From Alphaproteobacteria bacterium (GTDB taxonomy: Bacteria; Pseudomonadota; Alphaproteobacteria; Rs-D84), in NCBI GenBank assembly GCA_017503725.1, contig JAFVSL010000003.1, forward strand, positions 72,272 to 136,271: a stretch of 64,000 nucleotides of DNA. The letters are read 5' to 3'. Positions 9,631 through 20,526 of the stretch are shown here, in pieces. Numbering within the stretch: the stretch's first letter is position 1; every line of letters begins with the position of its first letter. The position numbers and the translations under genes are program-made. Below the pieces are notes generated by a model. The model saw only the letters and a program-made list of their open reading frames with translations. It was not told the DNA's origin and made no database searches.

Positions 9631-10659
9631 TTATATCTGTTCTACACGTCCCGGTTTCCAGCCTTCGATTTGTCGAATGGCGCCAACTACTTTGTCCAGT
9701 TCCGCATCACTTAAATCCGAAATGCGCCGATTTATAGACAGGCCCGTCAGACGTTCAATACTGCGCTGATATGCGACTGTGTTGTTTTCCGATGGGGGTG
9801 CATATCGACTGACTGCGTTTGCTATTGTCAGGTTGTTGTAAGATCTGCCACGCAACAACTGTTTTACCGCGCGTTGTCCCGTTTGTTCATCTGGGAATAC
9901 GGCGAATCCGCCGGCCTCGCCGATGGCGCCGGCACGACGTGAAAAATCAGACATACGGATGTTGCCCGGGTTGTTATTGCGCCACGCGCGTGTTCCACCA
10001 ACGTGTTTGTATTGGGTATTGTCGGCGGCCACAAATATAACGTCCTTGCCGGATTGTATTGCGCGTACCGGCGTCATATTTTGCGCGGTCGCATTTTGAA
10101 TAGGTGTTGCATAGTGTTCAATATTATCAGGTTTTGTTGTGGGAACGTCAATATCGCCCGGCACGCCCGCCGATGCCAACGGCGCTTCTGAATATGGTGT
10201 TGCCACGATATTTACACCGGAATCATAGATATCTAATTCCTCGTACAGTTGGAATTCATCGTATTTTTTCATTTGTTTCTTGCGCAGGTCCAACAGCGCA
10301 TTTACCGTATCCAACGGTACAGCAATCGTCTTGCACCCCCGGCCAATTAAATCACCACCATATATTGTATTAACAAAAACCGGAATCGCGCATATTGTCC
10401 CCAGTATCAATATTAAATTTTTAACATTGTTTACTATGGACATCGTCTGTGCATTTTTTGATCCGCGTATCATCGCCCACGCCCAGCCCGCCAAAAGTAT
10501 CCCGACAATAAAAATCAGAATTGTCCACGCGTATTCAAAAAAAGTTTGGAAACTGCGAACGACACAGCCAGGATCTTCCATATATATATTGATATCATCC
10601 ACCGCCAGGTTTCGAAAACCCGAATTGTTCAGCAGTCTAAGTATCGTTTCGTTGTCCAT
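9631..10659 (-). CDS. hypothetical membrane protein with conserved C-terminal domain (WRNNNPGNIR motif)
   Basis: Two N-terminal TM helices; C-terminal 150 aa domain of unknown function. Confidence 0.5.
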   Translation of the reverse strand: MDNETILRLLNNSGFRNLAVDDINIYMEDPGCVVRSFQTFFEYAWTILIFIVGILLAGWAWAMIRGSKNAQTMSIVNNVKNLILILGTICAIPVFVNTIYGGDLIGRGCKTIAVPLDTVNALLDLRKKQMKKYDEFQLYEELDIYDSGVNIVATPYSEAPLASAGVPGDIDVPTTKPDNIEHYATPIQNATAQNMTPVRAIQSGKDVIFVAADNTQYKHVGGTRAWRNNNPGNIRMSDFSRRAGAIGEAGGFAVFPDEQTGQRAVKQLLRGRSYNNLTIANAVSRYAPPSENNTVAYQRSIERLTGLSINRRISDLSDAELDKVVGAIRQIEGWKPGRVEQI

Positions 10660-10675
10660 TCACGTGCATGCGTTT

Positions 10676-11638
10676 TTATTTTTGCCCCGCCACACCGGTA
10701 AAGAATCCCGGTATTGAAAAGTCTTCGTCGTTTGCGGCAATTCCGGCCCACCCAAACAGGTCGCCCATCAAACCATTGTCGTCCCGTTTCGCCTTTTTAA
10801 ACGGCAAGATATTTTTTAATTTCCCAATTTTACCATTCCCTGATGGTTTCGGAGATTCCGGAATTTTATCCTGGGTCTGGGCAAATTCATTGGCCAGTTG
10901 CGCCAACGTTGCATCGGTGTCCGCCATATCATCGGTCATAGAAACGGAAAAATCGTCATTGTTTGCATCTGATATCTCTTCTTCGGGGGTGGCGTTTGTG
11001 TCCGGTTCCACATCCGATATAATATCTTCGCCCAATGGCGTCATCGATTCCAGTAATTCTTCCAGTGTCTTTTCGTGCTCTACGACGGGCGCATCGTCTG
11101 TGACAACATCGTCAATTGATACGGTCAATGCGTCAATGCTTTCCGCAACATCTGGTTCAGGTTCGGATATGGGGGCGGTTGCATCCATTGCCGGGGCAAC
11201 CTCTGGTTCATCGACGGATGTGTCGGCTTTGTCATTTGCGGACAATATAGATAATATTGGAATTATTTTGTCGGATTCTGCCTCTGCGGTGATTTCGGGT
11301 GCTTCTTCAACAACTGGTTCAACAACTGTTTCTTCTGGAATAATTTCTGGGATTGATTCTGGCTCTTGTACCGCATCTGTCTCGGGTTCAACGGTGTCAA
11401 TTATTTCTGGGGTGGGTTCTTCGATTGTTTGGGTGATTTGTGTTTCTGTTATTACCTGTGTCGTGTTTGTTGCGACATTTGTCAATGCATCGTCAGCATC
11501 AACCGGAACGCCAAATAACACTGTATCCGCCCCCAGTCCCAACGCACCGCGCACTTCTTCAAAAGCAGCACGAATCTGGGCCATTTCGAACACTTCATTA
11601 CCAGAGATATAGATTATTTTTGTTTTCATCGAATTCAA
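10676..11638 (-). CDS. hypothetical acidic low-complexity protein (E/P/T/D-rich) with structured N- and C-terminal domains
   Basis: Minus ORF has a compact N-terminal domain and an RBS. The opposite-strand 314 aa Ser-rich ORF is judged a shadow. Confidence 0.5.
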   Translation of the reverse strand: MNSMKTKIIYISGNEVFEMAQIRAAFEEVRGALGLGADTVLFGVPVDADDALTNVATNTTQVITETQITQTIEEPTPEIIDTVEPETDAVQEPESIPEIIPEETVVEPVVEEAPEITAEAESDKIIPILSILSANDKADTSVDEPEVAPAMDATAPISEPEPDVAESIDALTVSIDDVVTDDAPVVEHEKTLEELLESMTPLGEDIISDVEPDTNATPEEEISDANNDDFSVSMTDDMADTDATLAQLANEFAQTQDKIPESPKPSGNGKIGKLKNILPFKKAKRDDNGLMGDLFGWAGIAANDEDFSIPGFFTGVAGQK

Positions 11639-11695
11639 TCCCCCACAAATTACCCATACATTATATCACATTTTAGGGTTGAACGCATATAAAAA

Positions 11696-11923
11696 ATGTC
11701 TTACACTGAGATTATGGCTGATATAAAACAACAGATTTTTCAAGAACTGGCCTCATTAGAAGAGGCGGCGGCCCGCCTGCGTGGCACCGCGGTTGCGGCC
11801 GGTAAACAAACGGATCTAGAGGTGGCAATTTTAACCGAACAGGTAAAAAACCTGCGTGATAAAAACGCCCGTGCCACCGATATGATTGATAAATCCATAG
11901 ATATATTAAAGAAGTTAGTATGA
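11696..11923 (+). CDS. small coiled-coil protein co-located with zapA (DUF4164-like)
   Basis: 75 aa coiled coil; overlaps zapA start (ATGA), as in alphaproteobacterial zapA loci. Confidence 0.55.
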   Translation: MSYTEIMADIKQQIFQELASLEEAAARLRGTAVAAGKQTDLEVAILTEQVKNLRDKNARATDMIDKSIDILKKLV

Positions 11924-12204
11924 GTGTAGTTACCATTCCAATCGTTAACAAGAACTATCCTATGGGCTGCGAAGACGGGCAAGAGGCACGTCTTATCGAT
12001 TTGGGTAAAATGGTTGATGCCCGTGCCCGCCAGATTTTGGATAAAATCGGACCCTTGCCGGAAAGCGCACTGTTGGCGACGTTGTGTATCGTTATGGCGG
12101 ATGAATTGCGGTCCAAGACAAACACCACCCCAAGTGTGACCGATGCAGACCTTAAAGAAATCTTGGCGCGCATTCGTGAAATCAAACATAAAATAGCCCA
12201 GTAA
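11920..12204 (+). CDS. zapA: cell division protein ZapA
   Basis: VTIPIVNKNYPMGCEDGQEARL matches the ZapA N-terminus (VTVTINGRQYTIACDDGQE). Confidence 0.75.
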   Translation: MSVVTIPIVNKNYPMGCEDGQEARLIDLGKMVDARARQILDKIGPLPESALLATLCIVMADELRSKTNTTPSVTDADLKEILARIREIKHKIAQ

Positions 12205-12272
12205 AAAATAATTGCCCGTAAAAAAATTCGGGCATTTTTTCTGTTGTTATTTTTTTTCAAATGTTCTAAATT

Positions 12273-14513
12273 TTGGGTACTATGGTAAAAGAAATTATCG
12301 AAAGAATTGATTCTCAGCAATTATCAGACGCATTGTCTGAACGCTATTTGTCATATGCGGTCAGTACGATTGTATCCCGTGCATTACCCGATGTTCGTGA
12401 CGGGTTAAAGCCGGTACATCGCCGTATTTTGTATTCTATGTTGCGCCAGAAATTATCCCCATCGGCCGCATTTCGTAAATGCGCAACGGTCGTTGGTGAT
12501 GTGTTGGGTCATTATCACCCCCACGGGGACAGTTCGGTTTATGATGCGATGGTTCGCCTGGCCCAGGATTTCTCTGTACGCTATCCATTGATTGATGGTC
12601 AGGGTAACTTTGGTAACATTGACGGTGACCCCCAGGCGGCGTATCGTTACACTGAATCCAAGATGACCGATGCCGCAATGTTGATTATGGAGGGTCTGGA
12701 CGAAGACAGTGTCGATATGATGCCGAATTTTGACGGCACGACAATGGAACCGGTTGTTATGCCGGGGGCGTTTCCGAATTTACTGGCAAACGGTGGTATG
12801 GGGATTGCGGTTGGTATGGCGACAAATATCCCAACCCACAACGTGGCCGAGGTTTGCGATGCCTTGAACCTGGTGGTCGATAAACCAGATGCCACCACCG
12901 CCCAAATTATGAAGAAAATGGTTGGTCCCGATTTTCCAACCGGTGGTATTCTGATTGATTCTTTTGAAACGATTGTCAAAAATTATGATACCGGCCGTGG
13001 TGCGTTTCGTGTTCGTGCGCGCTGGGCGGTCGAAGAATTGGAACGTGGCACGTACCAGGTTGTAATCACTGAAATCCCATACGGTATTGTGAAATCTAAA
13101 TTGGTTGAACAAATCGGGGCGTTAATTGACGGTAAAAAGTTGCCATTGGTTGATGATATTATTGATGAATCTACGACCGATGTCCGCATTGTTATTACAC
13201 CAAAGTCCAAGAATATCCCGGCGGACAAAATGATGGCGCATTTGTTTGCAATGACGGATTTGGAATCACGCTTTAACATGAACTTTAACGTGATTGATTC
13301 CAATGGTGCGCCCCGTGTTATGCCAATTGGTGACGTTTTGCGCGAATTTATCGCACACCAGAAAAGTGTTCTTTTGCGTCGTACAACGTGGCGACTGAAC
13401 AATATTGCGCGCCGTCTGGAAATCTTGGGCGGATTGCTGGTTGTGTATTTGAATCTGGACCGTGTTATTGAGATTATCCGAACCGAAGACGATGCCAAGG
13501 CGGTTTTGATTGCAGAATTCAACCTGACCGATATTCAGGTAGAGGCGATTTTAAACACGCGCCTGCGTTCATTGCGCAAACTGGAAGAAATGGAAATCAA
13601 ACGCGAAGACGCCGCCCTGCGCGAAGAACAGCGTCAACTGCAAGAATTGATGGCCAGTCCAGATATGCAAAACGAACAATTAAAGGCCTGGTTCACAGAT
13701 ATTAAAAAGCGTTATGATAAAAAGACCGCATTGGGGCGTCGTCGTACGACTTGGGCGGAACAAACCGAAGAGGTTGTCGTTGACGCGGACGAATTTATTG
13801 AAAAAGAACCATTAACAATAATTTTGTCGACGATGGCTTGGATTCGCGCGGCCAAGGGGCACCTGGATTTGAATGCGCTGGATATGAAATTCAAAGAGGG
13901 CGATGAATTACAGTTTGCGTTCCATGCGATGTCAACGGATAAAATCAATCTGTTTGCATCTGGCGGTAAAATGTTTACGTTGCCGGCGAATGAATTACCG
14001 TCCGCACGTGGTTTTGGTGAATCTGTGCGAATGATGGCGGATATTGGTGCGGATGAAACAATTGTGCGCGCATTTGTACTGGATACCAGGGCGAAATACC
14101 TGGTTGTGGGACGTCACGGTGTTGGCTTTGTTGTGTCGGGTGAAAACTGCCTGGCCCAGACCCGCAATGGAAAACAGGTTATGAACGTCGATGCGAAAAA
14201 TCCGGCGATTATGTGCGTGCCGGTTTCGGGTGATATGGTTGCAATGTCGGGTTCGAATGATAAATTGCTGATATTTGCGACATCTGAAATCCCAGAAATG
14301 TCCCGTGGCAAGGGGGTAATCTTGCAGAAATATAATGCCGAACGCACCTATGTGTTGGACGTTATGTTCTTTGATGCCTGTGATGGCTTTGGCTGGACAA
14401 CGGGTCGCGGTACAACACGGCTCGAAGATTGGAAACCGTGGGTTGCGCGTCGCGCGTCCCAGGGTCGAACAATCCCGGTCGGTTTCCCACGCAGTGGTAA
14501 ATTTGGAAAATAA
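12273..14513 (+). CDS. parC: DNA topoisomerase IV subunit A
   Basis: GyrA/ParC N-terminus [19 protein letters not shown], catalytic Tyr region; 746 aa without long GyrA-type C-terminal extension. Confidence 0.75.
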   Translation: MGTMVKEIIERIDSQQLSDALSERYLSYAVSTIVSRALPDVRDGLKPVHRRILYSMLRQKLSPSAAFRKCATVVGDVLGHYHPHGDSSVYDAMVRLAQDFSVRYPLIDGQGNFGNIDGDPQAAYRYTESKMTDAAMLIMEGLDEDSVDMMPNFDGTTMEPVVMPGAFPNLLANGGMGIAVGMATNIPTHNVAEVCDALNLVVDKPDATTAQIMKKMVGPDFPTGGILIDSFETIVKNYDTGRGAFRVRARWAVEELERGTYQVVITEIPYGIVKSKLVEQIGALIDGKKLPLVDDIIDESTTDVRIVITPKSKNIPADKMMAHLFAMTDLESRFNMNFNVIDSNGAPRVMPIGDVLREFIAHQKSVLLRRTTWRLNNIARRLEILGGLLVVYLNLDRVIEIIRTEDDAKAVLIAEFNLTDIQVEAILNTRLRSLRKLEEMEIKREDAALREEQRQLQELMASPDMQNEQLKAWFTDIKKRYDKKTALGRRRTTWAEQTEEVVVDADEFIEKEPLTIILSTMAWIRAAKGHLDLNALDMKFKEGDELQFAFHAMSTDKINLFASGGKMFTLPANELPSARGFGESVRMMADIGADETIVRAFVLDTRAKYLVVGRHGVGFVVSGENCLAQTRNGKQVMNVDAKNPAIMCVPVSGDMVAMSGSNDKLLIFATSEIPEMSRGKGVILQKYNAERTYVLDVMFFDACDGFGWTTGRGTTRLEDWKPWVARRASQGRTIPVGFPRSGKFGK

Positions 14514-14767
14514 AATAATCCCGCGTTTGCGGGATTTTTTTAATAAACCGGATATTCGCGGGGATAGTTTGGGTTTGGGTGTTGCAGTGCGGATTTAACC
14601 CCACATCCGGCGATTATCACAGAAATCACAAATAAGATAAATATCGTTTTCTTCATACCTTAAATTATATATCGCCGGGGCAGGGGTGTCAATTTTTTAT
14701 ATATGCGATTAAATTCTTGGGAATTTTATGATATAATATACCGAACCCGTTCAGAGAGAGAATATAG

Positions 14768-15967
14768 ATGTCGTCGTCCAAACTGTCGCGTGATTTGCGA
14801 TTGTTGCTTGTTTTTTCTGCATTGCGCAATGTCACAGACCTGTTTTTGGGGACATTTTTAATCTCGTTCATTATGCGCCTTTCCCCGAACGAGATTTTGT
14901 CTGTTTCAATGTACAAGTTGTTTGAATACGCGGCAACGTCTGCGGGATTTTTTATGTTTGCGCATTGGTGCAAACGCTATAACAAGGTTTCTGTATTCGC
15001 ATTGAACCAGGTGCCAAAAATTGCACTGTTGCTTGCGATTATCTTGTTGGGTGATGATGTTGCTAAATATGTTATTCCGCTGGGGGTGCTGTATGGGATT
15101 GGCGCGGCAATGTACCATTTACCGATGAATTTGATGGTCGGTGAAAAAAGTACCCGTGAAACAGTTGGTCTTTATATGGGTGCAAAAACCGCCACCAACT
15201 ACGCGGTCAAGGTTGTCGTACCTGTTGTCTTGGGGTTCTTTATTGATACCGGCTCATATACATCGGTTGCATATGTTTTGCTGGGGCTGTCTGTGCTGGA
15301 ATTGTTTTTGATGGCGTTTTTGTCGCCATCGCGTCATCGTACGCGCCGGCCATTGGATTTTGGTGGCTTTTTCCGTTGTATGATGCGATTTTCGGTTGTT
15401 CGCACCCTTTTTGCGATGGAAATAATGCGTGGTTTTGGTATGGGCCTGTTAACGTCTGTAATAACGATGTATACGGTATTTATGTTCAAAACTGATTTGA
15501 ATCTGGGGATATTTACAACACTGTTTTCTGTGTTTTCAATACTTACATCGTGGCTGTTGGGGCGTTTTGGGCGGCCGCGGTATTATGTGTATATAATATT
15601 GGTTGCGATGTTTATAAGTGCGCTTGGGATTTCGTTATTTGTGTGGCGCACGACACCGATAACATTTCTGGGGTATAATCTGGTTTATGCGACGGCAATT
15701 GTTGCCCTGGACCAGTTGTGTTCCGTTAACACGTTTAAGTTATCTAATTCGAAATGTATAACCGCAAACCATAAAATAGAATATTTTGTGTTTCGTGACT
15801 TTGCGTTGTTTATTGGTCGTTGGATTGGGTATACGGGCCTAATGTATATCGGCGTGTTTGGTGGGTATGCCTGGTTACGTTGGTATTTGGTCGTTATTAC
15901 GTTGTCGATTATATTAGCGGGTGGATTTACAATGCAGATGTTACCATACTTTAAAAAAGGTAAATAA
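14768..15967 (+). CDS. MFS-like polytopic membrane transporter
   Basis: About 12 predicted TM segments, 399 aa. Confidence 0.5.
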   Translation: MSSSKLSRDLRLLLVFSALRNVTDLFLGTFLISFIMRLSPNEILSVSMYKLFEYAATSAGFFMFAHWCKRYNKVSVFALNQVPKIALLLAIILLGDDVAKYVIPLGVLYGIGAAMYHLPMNLMVGEKSTRETVGLYMGAKTATNYAVKVVVPVVLGFFIDTGSYTSVAYVLLGLSVLELFLMAFLSPSRHRTRRPLDFGGFFRCMMRFSVVRTLFAMEIMRGFGMGLLTSVITMYTVFMFKTDLNLGIFTTLFSVFSILTSWLLGRFGRPRYYVYIILVAMFISALGISLFVWRTTPITFLGYNLVYATAIVALDQLCSVNTFKLSNSKCITANHKIEYFVFRDFALFIGRWIGYTGLMYIGVFGGYAWLRWYLVVITLSIILAGGFTMQMLPYFKKGK

Positions 15968-16110
15968 ACACCGCCCAAAAGGTCGGTTTGAATTTTTGGC
16001 AGGGCCATCTGTGCAATTCACGAGTTGATTTTATGCGTGAAATTTTGTTGTTTGGGAAAGATGTTAAGGTGTTTTTGGATAGATATGTCAAAAAATAGTT
16101 TGAAATTCCT

Positions 16111-16878
16111 ATGCGTGTTGATACCATGCGTATCATGGAAATATTTGTAGTTGTTTTAATTATAGGACTGTTTGGTTTATTTATTAAATCAATTGGTAGT
16201 GCTGCTGGAAAAAGTTATACTATAAATATCTGGCCCAAAAGATATGATGAAAGATTAAATGAAATAACATCCGAAGAACGCGGAACTTGGTCAGAACGAA
16301 AACTGATTAGCGCTTTACTTGATTATGGTATTCCACCCAAGGCAATATTTCATGATTTATATGTAAAAAATGGAAAGTACGGTTTTTCGCAGATAGACGT
16401 TGTTGTCGCGACAAAAGTGGGTTTGATTGTCTTTGAAGTAAAAGATTATTCTGGTTGGATTTTTGGTAAGGGGCATCAAAATCAGTGGACTCAGAGTTTC
16501 TATGACAAATATAACCACGAAAAACATACATATCGTTTTTATAATCCTGTGTTGCAAAATGAAGCGCATGTCAAAGTTTTACAAAAACAATCCAAACAAT
16601 TCGCAAGCTTACCGTTTTATTCTGTGGTTGTTTTTTATGGTGACAGTGAATTAAGAGATATTAGTTTTATACCAAATGGAACGTTTGTTGTAAAGCCACA
16701 TAGGTTGGGTGATGTGTTAGATGTCATTTTAGATAATGACGATGCAGAATATACAGATAAATACGAAGTTATGCGAATTTTAAAATCTGCCGTTGACAAT
16801 GGGAATGATACAGATACTCAAACCGAGCACGCAGAAAAAATTAAAGATATGTTGGGAAAAGATAGGGTATTAGATTAA
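16111..16878 (+). CDS. NERD (nuclease-related) domain protein with N-terminal TM
   Basis: FSQIDVVVATKVGLIVFEVKDYSGWIFG ... YNPVLQNEAHVKVL typical of the NERD domain; sits in low-GC region. Confidence 0.65.
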   Translation: MRVDTMRIMEIFVVVLIIGLFGLFIKSIGSAAGKSYTINIWPKRYDERLNEITSEERGTWSERKLISALLDYGIPPKAIFHDLYVKNGKYGFSQIDVVVATKVGLIVFEVKDYSGWIFGKGHQNQWTQSFYDKYNHEKHTYRFYNPVLQNEAHVKVLQKQSKQFASLPFYSVVVFYGDSELRDISFIPNGTFVVKPHRLGDVLDVILDNDDAEYTDKYEVMRILKSAVDNGNDTDTQTEHAEKIKDMLGKDRVLD

Positions 16879-16932
16879 TTATTGCAAAAAATAGTGTTGC
16901 GGAATATAATCTTCCAAAAGAAAGGCTTAAAC

Positions 16933-17274
16933 ATGAACAGAATATGTTTACTTTTGGTGTCATTATTTTTATTTGGTTGTACAGGAATGTCCAAAGATGG
17001 CGAAATCTGTTTCGAATTCCAAACATTTGAGGTGTTGCAGGGTTTAGAGGGTGGAGCTTTGGCCTATGAATGTCCTTGGTATGAAGAAATGTGCTTTACT
17101 AGACCTGTTGTATACTTAACAAGTCCACAAGACGTTGATTATTACGATGAACAAAGTGTGTCGTCATCTTCAACAACGTGTTGGATTCAGGATGGTGTAT
17201 ATAGATACACAAACAAAAATGACATTATGAAAACAGTGCCGAGATTAAAGTTGGTTGAAAAAATGAAAAAATAA
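16933..17274 (+). CDS. hypothetical lipoprotein (paralog of 17289-17663)
   Basis: Lipobox LFGC; C-terminal YYD(E/D)Q...C...G.Y.Y..K.D.(M/L)KTVP shared with the next gene. Confidence 0.5.
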   Translation: MNRICLLLVSLFLFGCTGMSKDGEICFEFQTFEVLQGLEGGALAYECPWYEEMCFTRPVVYLTSPQDVDYYDEQSVSSSSTTCWIQDGVYRYTNKNDIMKTVPRLKLVEKMKK

Positions 17275-17288
17275 AAAAAGGAGACACA

Positions 17289-17663
17289 ATGAAAAAAATA
17301 TGGGTGTTTATTCTTGGAATCGTTACGGGGATTATTTTGACGATATTGTTTGCCACAGTATCATATATTTCTTCAACTGGTGGCAATTCTGGTTTGAATA
17401 TGTTTGAAGAGCCTGGCGAATGTCTGATAAGCAGGTCCAGTTTAAAAATATTTCAAGTTTTGGAACCTACAGCAGCATTAGCCATGATAAAAGACGATTT
17501 TTCATCAGGGGCATATTTGTTGGTCAATAATGAAGGTAAATCATATTATGATGACCAAGTAATTAAATTGCCGACAGGAAAATGCTTTAAGCAGATTGGT
17601 ACCTATCAATATCCTACTAAAGATGATAGATTAAAAACAGTACCTGTTGTTCAAATATTGTAG
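17289..17663 (+). CDS. hypothetical membrane-anchored protein (paralog of 16933-17274)
   Basis: N-terminal TM; shared C-terminal motif with the upstream gene. Confidence 0.5.
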   Translation: MKKIWVFILGIVTGIILTILFATVSYISSTGGNSGLNMFEEPGECLISRSSLKIFQVLEPTAALAMIKDDFSSGAYLLVNNEGKSYYDDQVIKLPTGKCFKQIGTYQYPTKDDRLKTVPVVQIL

Positions 17664-17811
17664 TATAGAATGTAAACTCGCCAAGATGGCGAGTTTTTTA
17701 TAAAAGTTCGTAAATCGTCAAAACGGGGTTAGTTTTTAACCGCCAACTTACGAACTGGTGAACATATTGAAAATCCAATAAAATCCCGCCCGTTTGGGCG
17801 GTTTTTATTTT

Positions 17812-17887
17812 TGGCAGCCCCAACCGGATTCGAACCGGTGTTCTCGCCTTGAAAGGGCGGTGTCCTAGGCCTCTAGACGATGGGGCC
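17812..17887 (-). tRNA. tRNA-Glu (anticodon TTC)
   Basis: Minus-strand GGCCCCATCGTCTAGAGGCCTAGGACACCGCCCTTTCAAGGCG...GGTTCGAATCCGGTTGGGGCTGCCA. Confidence 0.9.
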
Positions 17888-17951
17888 AAAACTGCCGTGT
17901 TCATATGAACGCCGACAAATTATACATATATTTTTGCCCCGTGTCAAGTTT

Positions 17952-18374
17952 TTATTCCGCCGGCGCCGCATTAGCTGCCAGTGGGTCGGATTCAACCATT
18001 GTGAACACGATTTCAGTGCCATTATCGGACGTCAGGACCAACGTACCATCGCGCAATTCGTATGTTGTGACCGTTGGCATAAATTGAAAGTATTCGGTTT
18101 CGGTCTGCATTGCGCCCGGTTCGCCCATCATCATCGTGGATGCGAATCCGTCAAATTTGATATTGTCGCCGTCGGCGGTGTATGCCCCGTTATAAAGGTT
18201 TACAACCTTGCCATTAACGCGCATTTCATCCGGCGCAAAAGACAGGACGATCGTCGCACCCGGCTGGTTCGCGACAAAGTGTTTCCCCTTTAACATATCT
18301 GGGTTTTGTGTATTCATATCACAGGCCGCCAATGCCATCGCGCACGCGCCAATTGCGAATAACTTAAATTTCAT
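17952..18374 (-). CDS. META-domain (HslJ-like) lipoprotein
   Basis: Lipobox ALAAC; YELRDGTLVLTSDNGTEIVF META-domain signature. Confidence 0.6.
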   Translation of the reverse strand: MKFKLFAIGACAMALAACDMNTQNPDMLKGKHFVANQPGATIVLSFAPDEMRVNGKVVNLYNGAYTADGDNIKFDGFASTMMMGEPGAMQTETEYFQFMPTVTTYELRDGTLVLTSDNGTEIVFTMVESDPLAANAAPAE

Positions 18375-18467
18375 ATATTGCTCCTTTTGCTTCGTATAGA
18401 ATCATTATAGACCAAAAATCAGAATAATAAATAAGAAAAAACACCGTCGAATGACGGTGTAAATACT

Positions 18468-18543
18468 GGCGGGATTGACGGGGCTCGAACCCGCGACCTT
18501 CTGCGTGACAGGCAGACGCTCTAACCAGCTGAGCTACAACCCC
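18468..18543 (-). tRNA. tRNA-Asp (anticodon GTC)
   Basis: Minus-strand GGGGTTGTAGCTCAGCTGGTTAGAGCGTCTGCCTGTCACGCAGAAGGTCGCGGGTTCGAGCCCCGTCAATCCCGCCA. Confidence 0.9.
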
Positions 18544-18630
18544 TTAAAGCGTTACGTATGATATATTGTCGGTGGAATAAATGCAAGTACTTTTTTTCAA
18601 AAAAATAAAAATCCCCAAACTGGGGATTGT

Positions 18631-18876
18631 TTAGCGTTCTTTTTGGTCGGTTTGTGTATTTGCTTTGACGAATATCTTTTTAATCGCCGCAAAGAATTTC
18701 TTGCGCTTTTCAGCGCGTTTTGCAGACTTTTCCCAGGCGCGTTCCAGCATTTCGTTTTCTTTTTCTTCGGCGCGACGCAGTTTTTCTGCACTGTATTCTT
18801 TCATTTCGCGACTCATTTTATCGTCCATTGGTTCGCGATAGTTTGCGTCTGTGATTGTGATGTTATCTTCGTCCAT
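18631..18876 (-). CDS. hypothetical small K/E-rich protein
   Basis: Start chosen at MDEDNITI with RBS AAGGAGAA. The longer ORF-track start would overlap the ATPase gene. Confidence 0.4.
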   Translation of the reverse strand: MDEDNITITDANYREPMDDKMSREMKEYSAEKLRRAEEKENEMLERAWEKSAKRAEKRKKFFAAIKKIFVKANTQTDQKER

Positions 18877-18895
18877 AAGATTCTCCTTTATCAAA

Positions 18896-19855
18896 TTAAA
18901 CAACCTCTGTAACGGCGCGCAGGGCCCCGTCGCGTGATAATTGAACAACGCGGATTTTCTTTTTCATTTCCGCGATTAAATCTGTGCGATCATATGCCGG
19001 CTGGGTGTGCAAGATGCGATCTGCGAATGCGGCGTATGCGGCCTCGGCACTTTCGGCGTGAATAGTGGTATAGAAATGGTCGTGTCCCGTTCCCAACATT
19101 TCCCACAAAATAGACGCGTTGTCGGTTGATATTTCCCCGCCAATAATAACGTCCGGGGTCATACGCACAACCAAATCCAGCAATCGTGCATAGTTCATAT
19201 CATTTGTCTGTTCGGTACGCGATAATACAAAGTGTACGCGATTTTGTTGTGGTACACGTATTTCGCGCGCGTCTTCGACGGTGATAACGCGACTGTTTTT
19301 ATCTATCAGTGTCAGCATATGGTTTAAAAACGTCGTCTTTCCGGTTGCGGTCGCACCACTAATTAAAATCGGACTGCCGTCATTGATTGCGCTCATCAGT
19401 CTTTCGTACGGGTCGTCTGGGCGAACATTTTCGCGTGGTTTAACCTTTAACAACGGACGCCCCCGTTCCAGGTGATAGTTTTCAAAACTGGTTTCCGGTG
19501 CGCCACCACCGCGAATATTCATTGCCACCCCGCCGGTGACATCGTTTTCATCGTATTGAACGTTTGGTCCCGCAATGGCGGTAAATCGATGGTTGCCGGG
19601 TAATGTTGCGTATACGACCGGCATTCCGTGAATTGGGTCAAATGGACGTTCGTAAATATTTGCAACCGTGTGAATAAGGTCGATTAAATACTGTTTGGAT
19701 AAAACTTCTGCCTGGTACGACACCCAGGGCACACGCGCCCCGTGCAGGCGCATCCAAACCTCGCCCGCGTGGTTGATTGCGATTTCTTCTACAAACGATG
19801 GTTTATAGAATTCTTCCAGTGGACGCAACAAAGATTCTAATACTACATTTGACAT
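18896..19855 (-). CDS. VirB11/TrbB/CpaF-family secretion ATPase (orphan)
   Basis: Walker A ILISGATATGKTT, hexameric secretion-ATPase architecture, 319 aa; no other T4SS genes nearby. Confidence 0.7.
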   Translation of the reverse strand: MSNVVLESLLRPLEEFYKPSFVEEIAINHAGEVWMRLHGARVPWVSYQAEVLSKQYLIDLIHTVANIYERPFDPIHGMPVVYATLPGNHRFTAIAGPNVQYDENDVTGGVAMNIRGGGAPETSFENYHLERGRPLLKVKPRENVRPDDPYERLMSAINDGSPILISGATATGKTTFLNHMLTLIDKNSRVITVEDAREIRVPQQNRVHFVLSRTEQTNDMNYARLLDLVVRMTPDVIIGGEISTDNASILWEMLGTGHDHFYTTIHAESAEAAYAAFADRILHTQPAYDRTDLIAEMKKKIRVVQLSRDGALRAVTEVV

Positions 19856-19934
19856 TTATGTATATTTTACCATAAATCGTGACTTGAATCAAAAAGGTTT
19901 ATTTGCTAAAATTAAAAAAAAGAGAGAAAGGACG

Positions 19935-20495
19935 ATGAAAAAAACAATTCTTTTTGCACTGTGTTCTGTGTTGTCGTTGGGCGCGTGTACAACGGGTGAT
20001 ACGCCATACAACGTTGACGATTTTGCAACCGGTGGTGCGGATGCGCCATTGTACAACGAACGGACCAGCACTTTTATGCAGGCGGATAATCAGTTTGCAA
20101 ACATTGATTCGTATAAACCAAAAACGGCCGCGGAAAAAGAACAAACCGCAAACCGCTGGAATACATCGCGTATGGAAACCCGTTGGCAGGAATATCGTGG
20201 CACAATGGTCCGCGTCCAGATTTTGTTGGGTAATTCAGACCTGCGCGAAATGCGTTTACGCCTGATGCAGAATGCGGACGGTATGGATATCAATGGCGAC
20301 ACGCGTACCATATTGGCCGCGGTCGCGGATTATGAAATGAAGCGTGTTTGTGGCCGCAATGCATCCAGCATTGTTATGGTCTATGACAAACCGTCGTTTG
20401 ATGTGATGCGTCCAACACCTTACTTTGATTACCGGATAGAGGCCGAGGGATCCACAATGCGCGAATATGGGTTCCGCTGTGTCTATAACAACTAA
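19935..20495 (+). CDS. hypothetical lipoprotein
   Basis: [18 protein letters not shown] lipobox; RBS AAGAGAGAAAGG. Confidence 0.5.
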   Translation: MKKTILFALCSVLSLGACTTGDTPYNVDDFATGGADAPLYNERTSTFMQADNQFANIDSYKPKTAAEKEQTANRWNTSRMETRWQEYRGTMVRVQILLGNSDLREMRLRLMQNADGMDINGDTRTILAAVADYEMKRVCGRNASSIVMVYDKPSFDVMRPTPYFDYRIEAEGSTMREYGFRCVYNN

Positions 20496-20526
20496 ACAAG
20501 AACAACAAAACAAAAAAGGAAAGCAA

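Noticed and set aside
10668-11612. 314 aa Ser/Thr-rich ORF on the plus strand
   Set aside because: Shadow ORF of the minus-strand acidic repeat protein gene. It lacks an RBS and has an implausible low-complexity composition.
12205-12272. 6S RNA (ssrS) downstream of zapA, as in enterobacteria
   Set aside because: Only about 65 nt of intergenic sequence containing a simple terminator hairpin. Far too short for 6S RNA.
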